From: Bugula neritina
Lineage: Eukaryota; Animalia; Bryozoa
Assembly (NCBI GenBank): GCA_964035545.1
Contig: OZ037767.1
Location: 20,228,628 to 20,292,627 of the forward strand
Direction of reading: 5' to 3'
DNA: 64,000 nt
Positions within the stretch are counted from its first letter, which is position 1; each line of letters starts with the position of its first letter. Made by a program: the position numbers and the translations under genes. Of the stretch, positions 1 through 11,900 are shown one piece after another. A model generated the notes under the pieces. That model was not told where the DNA came from. It was given only the letters and a program-made list of their open reading frames with translations, and searched no databases.

Positions 1-482
1 CTGTAAATATTGAATCATAGAATTACTAGTGTTAAGTTTCTTACATTAATTAATAACCAACAATCATATGTTCAACTGTCGAACTATTTTCAGCATTCAT
101 CAGCAAAGTAAACTCGTCTGCACTCTTATCTAGCAGTATTTATTCATCATGGAAGCATTTCAAATACTGCCCTGCATAATTGCAGAATTGAAAAATACAC
201 CTTTTCAATTTCACATGCATTATTTCAATTTCATGTAATGCCTTAAACTCCTTATTTTGCCCATTTAATTTTATGTTGTAATTTTAAAGATCAATTTTAT
301 AGAATAATGCATTTTCTGCTTGCAAACTTTTATTTAAATTTTCACCACTTTACACACTGGAGTGGTAGCCACAAAATCAACAGGAAATAACAAGTAGGAG
401 TTGCCAGGCAACACAGCAAACATTGATAGCAGCAAGATTGTTGCCACACTGCAGATGATAGAGCTAGTGATAGTAATTTCAC

Positions 483-3400
483 CTGTTTATTAAAGCCATG
501 CCTCTCCTCAATGACAAAAGTGCTGTATACTGTCCAAGGCAGGCTCGTGACTGTTCCATATATAGCAGCAAGAAACAAGAAGACCAGCGAGTGGGTAATC
601 TACAAGAGAAAGGTATCAACAGCAGTGAATACACCTGCTGACACCATTACATGCTGACTCTATCACATACTGACATTATCACATACTGACACCATCACCT
701 GCTGACACTATCACATGCTGACTCTATCACATGCTGACTCTATCACATGCTGACACTATCACATGCCGACACTATCACATACTGACACTATCACCTGCTG
801 ACTCTATCACCATGCTGACACTATCACCTGCTGACACTATCACCTGCTGACACTATCACATACTGACATTATCACATACTGACACTATCACATGCTGACA
901 CTATCACATGCTGACACTGTCACCTGTTGACACTATCACCTGTTGACACTATCACATGCTGACACTATCACATACTGACACTATCACCTGCTGACACTAT
1001 CACATACTGACATTATCACATACTGACACTATCACATACTGACACTATCACCTGCTGACACTATCACATGCTGACTATACACTAAACACTATGAGATTCT
1101 ATTCAGTAGCATTTCAAATCTATTACTCTAGTATCTCTAATTAGAACAAAAAGTTTAACATGAAATGCACCTGAACCAATGAAGATATTATAGGCCACCG
1201 TAATATTAAATATAATATAGTTTGAGTATACCGGGCAAAGAGAAAACAACTTCCTGTATAGAAGTTGGGTCAAGAGCTAAAGTATTGCTGTTGATGTTTT
1301 TATGAATTTCTATCATGTATAGAATAGAGAGATGATTGAGGAAGACTAGAGAATACCTCGTAATCTTCTGCTGCATAACCAAAGGATCTTAGGATATCCC
1401 CCGACACTCCCCATATGTAAGGCAGACCGCCAAATGTTAGTACCACCTACAACACAGCAAACTTGCAACAATACTAAACTATAAAAGTAGAATCAGCAAA
1501 CTCCACATTACAATCAATTGGTTGTTATCAGCTTCGAAATTTAAATTGTACTGTAAAAAGAAACTTTAACATAACTAACAGCAGTTTCTATCTGGTTGAA
1601 GACTCCATGAACAAGGCCAAAGTTAGTCTTGTCCAGTTGATAGCGTCTAGATTTGTCGTAAGTTTCCTGGTCCATGATTGACTCTATTTCAGCTGGCACA
1701 GACTTTGCATTCGTGTATATAGATCTCTGATAACAAAGAGAACAAGTGCAGCACAATGATGTTAGTTGTCTATTAGCAGAACATCTACTCATGCAACCCT
1801 AGAGAAAAACTTAGTATAGAAATATTCTAAGGACCGAAAAGCAGATAAAATGGCGAATATTCTTACATATATACATAAAACCTGAGCCTGTGAGTAGAAA
1901 AGAGAACAGGATTACATCTTTCAGTACACAATTTAAACTTCATAAAATTCTCTTCAAAAACAAGTTGAACCACATTTTTTCAATCACATAAAACTTATAT
2001 TAATTTTATAGCCTCAACTTGCTAATGCCAAGTTTGAACAAATTAAATTGAAGATTCTACTTTGCATGTTTATTTTTCTTTCAACAAATCATGAGTAACA
2101 AAGTCATGTTATTTGGTTGAAGAAAATTATTGAATATGTTTAAGAGCTTTTGAAGAATACCCTGAACTTAGGACTACTCACTAATAGAACTGTATTAGTT
2201 ATTAGTAATGGCTGCTTAAATAGTACCTTATCATAAAAATCAAATAAGTAAAACATATACATCTCTTATTGGCTCATGACTTGAACTATAGGTTTAGTTT
2301 CATTTACTATTAGAAAGTATCATTCAACCTATACTTATATTCACTTTGAATTTAACTAGAATATAAATATATAATTAGCTCTGTAGTGCCTCGAACACTG
2401 AGCCTAACAGCAACTTTATCAACAAGTGAGCATCACTCACTCACACAAGTCTATAGTCGCCATCCCTGTATGAAACCCTTGATGGAAAGGACTTTTAGGT
2501 AAATCGGGCTAAGGACTTATTCAGATGGGGCACAGGAGCAGTTATGACTAGATGCTCTTCCTAACATCACCAACGGCCTTTGTCGGGTTTGAACCCATAA
2601 CTTCGTACTTCCTAGGCAAACACTCTAACCCCTAAACCACGATCAACAAGTGAGCCATCAGTGAGAATTAATAAACCCTTTTCAGAGGTCCGCAATATTT
2701 CTCTTAAAATTAAGAGTTGTGCCCTCCCATAATGAAAATTGTTGAACAAAATAAACTTGAACAAATTTTTATGGTTTTAGTTTCTGAGCAATGCTGAAGT
2801 GGCACTTCAGCATTGCTCAGCAACCAAAACTACAAAAATGCTTTCAAGTTTATTTTTTCCAAAATTTTTTATGAAAAATTATTTTTAAAACTGTTTTTTA
2901 ACTGCTAATATGTGTGCTTATACCAAAATATCTATCTCCTAAAAGAACAATTCTATAGAATTAGAATTTTAAGTGGCATCCACACTTTAAATTTTTAATG
3001 AGTTTGCTCTTTATACAAAGGTTCAACCTAATCATTTTGGGAGGACACAACTCTTAATTGTCAAGGGGTAATCAGTGGCCCCTGAAAAGGGTCTATTGAA
3101 GACATGTATGTATAGCATTTCTTGTAAAACAAACATTCTTGGGCTTACTGCGCTGAAGTTGTATTTAACTGATAGCCAAGACATATGTGACTAACATAAC
3201 ACTGCATAAAAATACTGACAAATAAATAACTTATACTATTACTTAGTCTTATAAGTCATACTAAGTCTAATAGTAAAACTTCAACTTAGCCTCATAGTAT
3301 TACATTAGTATCAGTAATAGTCATACTTATACTTATACTTATAGCTATACAGTATACTTATACTAAAATACTTACAGAACTACACTATACTAATATTTAT

Positions 3401-4512
3401 AGTTTTACTTTTACTTTTTGTACTGACATTGACAGTACTAGTATCAATACAAAAATATCAAGTAGGGCTAATAGTTCCATAGTAGAAGTAATACTGATAG
3501 TACGACTACTATAACATTAACTATAAGACTACGAAGGAAGTATAAGTATTACTATTACTATTAGTACTACTATCACAGTATTAGAATAAATATTAGTATT
3601 ACAGTATTAGCATAACTAAATTATTAGTATTACTCTTAGTATAAGTATTACTATTAATATTAGTATTACGATTACTGCATGGTACGGTGCCTGGTAAAAA
3701 TGACACAGGTAATAATGGCACAAATAGAAAAGTAGGTAAAAACAGCACATTTTTAATACTGGGGTTAGGGATGGGTGATTGGGATTTGGGATGGAGGGCT
3801 TAGGTTTGGGGATGAGGGTTTGGGTTTGGGGTTTTAGGTATGGATTTGTTGGTTTGGGAAAATTTAACATCAGTGTGCCACTTGTACCTACTTTTTCATT
3901 TGTGCCATTATTCCCTGTGCAATTTTTATCTAAAGTCGCATGGTACTAATAGTAATTAGTAATTGCTGTTAATTAGTAGTACCATATCGATATTCATTAT
4001 GATTATGATTATCATAACCATTATCAGCTACAGCATCACTATTACTATTAGTATTGGTATGTCTATTAGTATGACTATCAGTATCACCATCACTGTGAGT
4101 ATCACTATCACTATCAGTGTGAGTTATGAGTATGAGTGATACTGATAGTATCAGTATGATAATGACCATGAGATTAAGTATAGGTGAGTAAAAGCGAAAC
4201 TTTAGCCTTAGGACTTACAGTTACAGTAAGTGTAACTGTTACTGTTTTACACTTAGTCTTACTCACATACAGTTACACTTATTATAAATATAAGATTAAG
4301 TCAAACTCAAGAAAAACTGAAAATAAAACTCTTCAACTTTAAGTTTATCAATATCAATATGAATATGAATATCTAAATCTTAATCTAAATCTAAATCTAA
4401 ATCTTACCTGTCTCCAAGTAAGGTAAGTTTCCCATAAATAAGTCAGCCAAATGAATGCTAACACAGTCCATAATATGTAATTATCATCCAACTCAACTAT
4501 TCCAGGCTTCAT
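483..4512 (-). CDS. ZMPSTE24: CAAX prenyl protease 1 (Ste24/ZMPSTE24/FACE1), 5' part; gene continues beyond the window start
   Basis: Exons 4512-4408 (ATG; [35 protein letters not shown]), 1726-1580 (RSIY...[14 protein letters not shown]), 1446-1357 ([16 protein letters not shown]), 599-483 (...[20 protein letters not shown]). All GT-AG, all phase 0. YLWETYL..RQ, YQLDK and [12 protein letters not shown] are recognisable Ste24 N-terminal motifs. Bases 1-2 look like the next acceptor AG. Confidence 0.95.
630..1080. repeat. ~16-bp minisatellite (CTGACACTATCACA/CTG variants) in a ZMPSTE24 intron
   Basis: Directly visible tandem array beginning about 30 nt from the acceptor at 600-601. Confidence 0.95.
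2436..2641 (-). mobile_element. tRNA-derived SINE, copy 1
   Basis: On the - strand: A-box-like TGGTTTAGGGG and B-box GGTTCAAACCC. Body is homologous to 36963-37182. Flanked by the direct repeat ATCAACAAGTGAGC at 2418-2431 and 2642-2655 (TSD). Confidence 0.85.
2670..3098. mobile_element. MITE with ~60-bp imperfect TIRs and an internal hairpin
   Basis: AATAAACCCTTTTCAG...TTAAGAGTTGTGCCCTCC at the left end mirrors GGAGGACACAACTCTTAA...CTGAAAAGGGTCTATT at the right end. Perfect 18-bp-arm palindrome at 2784-2820. Confidence 0.7.
3686..3937. mobile_element. MITE family A copy 1 (Mutator-like, 9-bp TSD)
   Basis: Perfect TSD GCATGGTAC at 3677-3685 and 3938-3946; subterminal inverted repeats (GGCACAAAT..AAAAGTAGGT / ACCTACTTTT..ATTTGTGCC); G-rich GGGTTT/GGGTTAGGG core. 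Confidence 0.9.
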
Positions 4513-4988
4513 CTTTTAGTGAAAACTGTAACCGTAATGCGTTCCCAAATGATAAAATTAGGGACAAAATTTCTCTTCTATTCTCAACAACTCCTACTAC
4601 TACTAGTACTACCAGAATCGTAGTTGCGTTTGTATGAAAAAATTTCTTGCGTTTATTCCCAAAGACTGCGTATTCCTTCCTTCTGCATGTAAAAGTTGGT
4701 TGACTAATTACGCGCCGTGAAATGCATACTAAAAATCTATTTTGAAAAACCGTTGCCGCACACGAACTGTGTTATAACAACTGCACAGCTATGACATGTA
4801 GAATGCAAGTTGCCTAGTCTCAAATGGTATCTTGGCAACTCTGCCTGATATGCAGTATGACTATAATGTTATAATTGTACGGACATGTTAGCAAAATCTC
4901 GAACTCGTAGATCATGTACGCATTGTAAAACTGAATTGTTAACTTCTTTTTTATTATAATACAGTACGTTTGATTTAAAATTATTGAG
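4513..4988. promoter_or_regulatory. Putative bidirectional promoter of ZMPSTE24 (-) and the VWA gene (+), including a probable non-coding first exon of the VWA gene ending at 4988
   Basis: Head-to-head arrangement; locally higher CpG; strong donor GAG|GTAAGC at 4989; X-box-like GTTGCCTAG (4809) and GTATCTTGGCAAC (4827-4839). Confidence 0.55.
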
Positions 4989-5965
4989 GTAAGCTATTGG
5001 ACACAATTTAAATTATGTTAAAATAATAGAATCTCACAATCTAGATAATTTTACGATAGCCACAATGACCATAGGGCATAGTTCATACGTTATTCAGTGT
5101 ACTTGTAGCTAGTAAGTAGTAATTACGACTATCCTACCAATACTTACTCTTAGTCTTATTTTGTATAGTTCATAAAAAACAAGATGTATATTTTTTTTAT
5201 AGATTTATATTATTTATACAAAATTGTTTGTGGCTAAAATCATACAAGAATCTTGTGTTCAACTGTTTTTGGCATTTCTTGCCTTCTGTGTAAATTCTAA
5301 GCTAACAGTAACTGATAATATTGATTATGTTGAATTAAAAAATTTACAGTGTTTTATTCTTTATTTCTACAAGCAGTTTTTGTTGCTATTGAGATTAGGT
5401 TTAGTATTAGATGAGTTAGGCGTTTGGTTGAAGTAAATGATTAATTTTTCATGTTGCACATCAAGAAAGAAAGTGCTTTAAGTGCCTGTATAAATAGAAA
5501 AGGAGACAATAGCATGCTGTATGAACTACAAGCAGAAGTGAAGAATTAAGCCTAACTGTTAAATTGGGTTTCTGCCATTTTGGCTGATTGCCAGTGACAA
5601 TGTGACTATTTTACTTTCAACTACACTTTTCTTCTGTATTATAAATACTGTAGATGTAGTTAAAAATAATGTTTTATTTGAACCCGTGTGAAAGATATAC
5701 AAATGTAAAAAAGTTATAGCTAGTTATCTTTGAGATAATTATGATTTGTCTTTCCATGGCCAATTTTTTATCAGTTGGTTGCATTTTTATTCTAGATCAT
5801 TTTTAAACTGTATTCACTTGAAAACATAATATGAGATTAGAGCAGCATGCTCAGATATAAGATTCGAAACATCAAATATCGTTTGTTTGTGTTAAATTTT
5901 ACAATCAGTTAATAATTTTTTACATTAAATGTAATTGTAATAACTTGCTAATTTGAAAGGTGAAG

Positions 5966-8900
5966 ATGGCTGGAGAACCAACTCTCTTTGACGATGTGTC
6001 AGAACGGAATGTCATCTTCCTCATTGATACATCTGGTAGCATGTACTGCAGGCTTGCTATTGTCAAGCAACATCTAAAAGAATATCTTCAAAAGATGGCT
6101 TTTAGAGGTATTTTAGTTTTGTATGACATTCAAATAAAGTCTTCATAAAGTTGGCTATTGTGCTTTATTACCTATATAATGCTATGTATTGTATGTTATA
6201 TATGTTATGTAAAGGTGTTGTATAATATATAAACATCATGGCTTTGAAGAAAATAATATTTCAAACACACATGTTCAAAAACTTGTATGCTTAAACTTTA
6301 AAGCATGTTATTATAAATAATGGGTATTCTGCAAGCTAGCAATATATATTTTAAATATCATATACAATAGTATGGCACCATGCACATACTTACAATTAGG
6401 AACTTTGTTGTTACAAGGGTATAACTTTGTAAAATGTGCATCACATGTACACACGTTTCAATATATTATATATAAGTTAATTCAACATATTTCTATCTGA
6501 AGGTGGCTGCAAATTCAACATGGTGGAGTTTAGTACTGATGTGACCCAGTGGTCAAATGAGATGGTGCAATGTCTGCCAGAAACTGTCACAGTAGCCTGT
6601 GATTGGATCAACCAACTTGAAGCTAAGACGGGTACTAACACAGAGTCCGCACTGCTAGCCGCCTACAATGATGATGATTGTGAGGCTGTGTATTTAATAA
6701 CAGATGGATTGCCTGATTCTAAACCCAGTGAAATCTTAGACAGAGTAGCGTACGTGTGCCGTGGCCGACCCTGCCACTGTATCTACCTTACTGGGGCTAC
6801 GGTTGATAAGGCAGCCACCAACTTCCTGCAAGATTTGGCCACGGATACTTACGGCTCCTTTATGATAGCTACTGTCACTAGTCATGGCTCCATAGAGAGG
6901 ATAACCCCTGTTTACAAGGCTTCTCACGGCGCAGGCGCCGTCATACGCACTACTAGTAATCAAGTGTACGCAGGGAATCATAAGCAATGCAGTGTTACAT
7001 CCACACTGGACCATCCTCCACCTGTTACTACGGTCCTGCAAGGCACTACACCAACCGGTATTGTGTATCCGTATGCCGCAACTGTTGTACCCCCTGGCAT
7101 GCCCTCCTGTGTACCCCCGGTATCCGCAGTCAGAGCTCCTCATCCTGGGGTCATCTACCCTCATCCTCTTAGCTTTATACCTGGCCCTCGGGTTTTCACT
7201 GATGATGAGGGGCGTGTACTTAAGGTGCCATACTTTAGCCATGCATGGGCTCAGTGGTACCAACCCTATCTTTGGGCAAGATACAGAACAGCAAGGTGAG
7301 AAAATTACAAAATTAAATTCTAGGAATATTGCAGTTCAAATAAATCTTCGTAATCTCTTATAATTTCATGTAGTCTGGGATTCTATTAGAATTCATTCTT
7401 ATATTACACAAATAGAATTCTTATTCTATAAAGCAGTAGTTTTCAATCTGGTTCGCTTGCCAGATGAGCTTTACACATATAGAAAATTGTTAGGAGTTGT
7501 CTCCCTTTTCTATGATGTGAAAAAATGTAATTCTGCACATATTCATGTATGCCAGCAACTTGTAGTAGTAACATTGCCTCATCCGTAGCCTGTATACCTA
7601 CATGTCATCCTTAGCCTGTGTATCTACATGTCATCCTTGATGATCTCTACACCAGGTCATGGCTGAAGTTGTCTAATGACTTAGACGGAGCTCTCTCGAG
7701 TATGCACGTCTCTCCAGCAGCCGGTTCCCTCCTCATAGACCGACCAGTTCTGGCGAGGAGAACATCTGATGGTGTTTACTATAGAGCTAATGTTAAATCG
7801 CAGGTAAATAAATATTTCAAGGTGAATGTTAAATGTTTACAGATCCTACACAGAATCAGTAGGTCCATTTTTAATTTTACCAAGGATTGTGGGAAAGTTT
7901 CTACTATTTTATTAAAGTATTTGGAAGTGACTGTTGAATTGTGTCTGCTAGAAATTAGTAATTGTGAGCTGCAATACGCTATAGTACTTATACTGGACTA
8001 TTCTCACTGTGTTACAATGATTAATACTCATACCAACAACACCAGTGTGCTGTATTAGCTGAGTGAATTGTGTACAAGTATATCAGAATTAATTCTCTTG
8101 AGTGGCGGTGTAATTATTTCATTTCTATTTTATGTATATTCTTTAAATGAGTATGTATTAAGTATATAATATTTCTTATATAGTGCTGTTGTTGGAAGTA
8201 AAGTTTCAACATAATATGAGGTTGAATAATCAACCATCTTCATGTACCGCTGAGTAAATAAAATACAGCAAACAACTCGTGGGAAAGCCTTCTATATAAT
8301 AAATATGTCAGCCGAAGATAGTAATATGCATTTTGAAATAGCTAGTATGTGGGTTGTCTAATTGATTGAAGCAATATTATATCATTTATTAGAACTATGA
8401 TATATTTCAAAATTATGATATATGCAAAATTGCTAGTTTATAATCAACTATTACCTTCAAAATCTTTAAAGTTTAGATGTTTCTATTCAGTTATTGAAAG
8501 TTGAAGCACATATTATCTAAGTATCCCAACCTTTACCTAAAGCAGCAAATGTTTGTAGATAAGTGACGACCGTTTCCTAGTAGAGTTTGCGCCATGCTCC
8601 AGGAACGGATTCAGCGACACCACTTACCAGGAGACATTTGTTTTTGACATCGTACAACTCGACGACGGAAAGAGACACTCCATTATGAAAGGGGACAAGG
8701 TTCTCGCGCCAACTGAGATCGGTAGTGACCTCTATGAGCCCGGCACTGTCATTGATGGTCAAGAACGAAGAGACAGTAACAATGGTGTGCCAATAAAATC
8801 TTTATTTTATTATTTGAAATAAAGTATAGATAAATGTTTTACTTTTTTAGAGTCAGAGTATGAGAGTGACACTTTGATTCCAAATATTAAAACTGTGAAT

Positions 8901-11900
8901 GATTTATTTTATGAGCAGCAAATACTGTTAATGTCATTTGTCTTTCTCACAAATTAAAATTTAAAAAGATGTTTGTTAGAGATAGTAAATATCTACTACC
9001 GATGTACTCCTGCATGGCTAACATCATGTAAATTAATACAGTTGCCATTTGAATACATTAGTTGCCATATTGTCATACACTAAAACTGTTCATACACTTC
9101 TAGAACATATCTGCCTATGACTTCTCATATAACGTATACAACTGTATACAGAACAATGCTGATGTTGTAGACTTTGAAGACAAAAAGCTGGTAGTGATGT
9201 TTGCGACTGGTAAAAGTACAGACGTGGATGCAGGGCAAGCCGTGTGGATAGACCAACTGTTGTATGACAGAACGGCATTTGAACTGAAACTACCCAGGAA
9301 GACAAGAGAGCAGATAGTCGACACCGTGGCTCGGTATCCTGAAGATAGCTTCCCAGGGTACCCAGTCTCTGGGGCAGATAAAGACCCTGTAGCCTGGGAA
9401 CTGCCTAGAAAGTTTCATACAGTTGGTCGGGATGCCACCTTTCAACCCCATAACGGTAATGCCATGTCTCACAGAACTTTTATAATACATTATTATTTCC
9501 TCTAAGTTTTGTTTGTAACAAAACAGGTTAAAGACTGTTCACTAATTCATAAAATTGTAATGCATAGGAGCTGAATGAGATAAATGCAAACTGCTTGGCT
9601 TGTATGACTTTTTTAGCATTGAGTAATGTGATAGTTTATTGATAGTTACAGCAACGTTACTCAAAAATTTTAACTAAAATGTGTTGTAATTTATTGAACA
9701 AAAACTTCCCGTAATGATATTGTACCAAACTAATATGTTCCATATAACCTAAAGGGCTGGCCATTCACAAAGAAAGCTACGAAGACTACCGGCCGTATGT
9801 GAAAGATTTCTCTCAGACTTCCTATACAACTAAAGAGGAAGTAGAGAGGAAAATTCCAGGAACCAACCTCACTCAGTTGGAGTTGGAGGAGAAGGTGGGG
9901 GCTCAGCTTGATGCCCACAGATATGACCTTGAAGAGCATGATCTCAGGCTTCAACGTCAAAGGCAAGTTCAGTGTAAATAGAATCTTTTGGCTATATGGC
10001 TGACTTCCCGTTGTTTATTTCTAGTTCAGTGTGTTGAGTCAACTTCTACTTTTTATGCATCATCCTATAAATTGTCCTTTGCAGATAGACTTCTGGTTAC
10101 AGTTAATCTTGTGTAGTATCTTACTAAAGTGGCCTATTTTAATTTATACAATACTGACTAAGACACAAATCATCAACCATTCTCGACAATTTTATTTCAT
10201 TTATAGATAAGAATTGTAAAGGGTCATTAGCGAATAGCATTTTGTGGTTGGTTTTAGGCATCTAGAAGACAAAAAGAGACAATGGAAAAATAGGCAGCAA
10301 AATAAAAATGAGAGTAGGGAAGAAATTGACCGAGACATATCAATACTAGAAGCTGAATTGAAATATAAAATGAAACTAAGAGAAAAGGCAATTGATCGAA
10401 AAAGACAAGAAATCGATGACGAAATTGAAATCAAAATTCAAGAAAGAGACCAACTGATGGAAGATAGAAGGTTGATTTGTGGTTACCCTCAAGAAACAAG
10501 ACTATCCAGAGAACGAGAGCGAGCTCGGCACCTAGACTCTTCCCATTCTTACAGACGATCTCTTGAAAGATCTCAGTCTAGGGAGCTTTCATATCGTCGC
10601 AGATCAAGGTCAAGATCATTTTCTACTGAGCGTGCTCCGTCATTCGGACACGTTTCACCTCGATCACCGAGAAACAGGCGTCACTCATGGTCTCCAGAGC
10701 GATCGGTCAATTTTGATGAAAGTTTGAACAGTCACCACCATTATTACTATAACAACCCATTTTTAACCTCGGACAGTGGGTTTGGTGAGGAACTTAGTTA
10801 CACTAAGGATTCAGCAACCAACACCCCAGTTATTAGGAATGGAAGAAAGTTATCTTTAAAGAAAACCAAAGAAGAAAGGCCGCCATGGAAATACTGGAAG
10901 GGGGAATCTGTACCTGATTTGATCGAGCCTCCTTTCCACGAACCTTACAGTCAGTCTGCTGTAGCTGAACCTCTGGAACTGAGAAGTGCCACTGTCAAGT
11001 CTGGAGGTATTGCAGTCTAGTGCATGCTTGGCTTTGTTTATGGCTTCTTTTTATTGAAAACATTTTGAAGAGTTGTGGCCATGCTATGTTTTATGCAAGT
11101 CTATGAAATAGATGCTGTGTAAAGCTTTGTATTCAATGAGTAAAAAATTTAATATACGAAATACTTTGAAAGTTGTTGTTGTTTATCACTTGTTCTGTAT
11201 AGCTATATTACACTAGCCATGCAACTCGGTTATACAGTTGCTTAAATTCTGTAAAAATTGTAAATGATTCCAGATGTTCAATTTGTAAAAACCATTTATT
11301 TCAGCAGTTGTTTAAATATTTACTTCAACTGCCTGTTTTAGACTTGCATAACAGACTTTTACATAGTTTACTGTCTCGTTTGTTTACTTGAAATATTTTT
11401 TCAAACTACCAATATTTGAATAATAGTTTTAGAATGGGGTGATGCTCATTTCAACAAAGTTGTACCAAATGGAAGGACCAACTATTGTCAGAGGTATGTT
11501 AAGACAGCTCCTGCAGGAATGAAGTCGGTTTCCTTCCAGGATAATCCTCAGGTACATGTAGCGCGAGGTTCCAACCTAGTCACGCATGCTTCGCGCGAGG
11601 AAAAGAAGCTACTACTCAGACAGAATGAATCCCAGAGCAGGTTAAAGTCTCTTGACCCCTCTGTCTATTACAGATACGGGGACGGTGTAGGGGAGTCTAT
11701 GCAGGTGATTATTCAATTCAATGAGTTCATGTCAGCATACAAAGGCTGTAGTTGGTAACTGGTGTTTTACCTGGTTTTTTAATTTCATCATTTCAGTAAC
11801 TAAAACTGTAAGTTCAAAATTTGCTAGCCTGTCATCTTTTTTGTTTATAGGTAATAATTTTTGTTAATAATCTTTCAGGATTTTCACCGAGAGCGTGTTG

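Noticed and set aside
3760-3860. Interstitial telomere
   Set aside because: Degenerate G-rich units lie inside a TSD-bounded MITE, not a true telomeric array.
3616-3870. Recurring MLNFPKP.. ORF (also 29625-29873 and 43087)
   Set aside because: Translation of the MITE family A core; starts are not reliable ATGs and frames differ between copies.
6736-7263. 175-aa antisense ORF and other alternative-frame ORFs over exons
   Set aside because: Shadow ORFs of GC-richer coding exons with no recognisable motifs.
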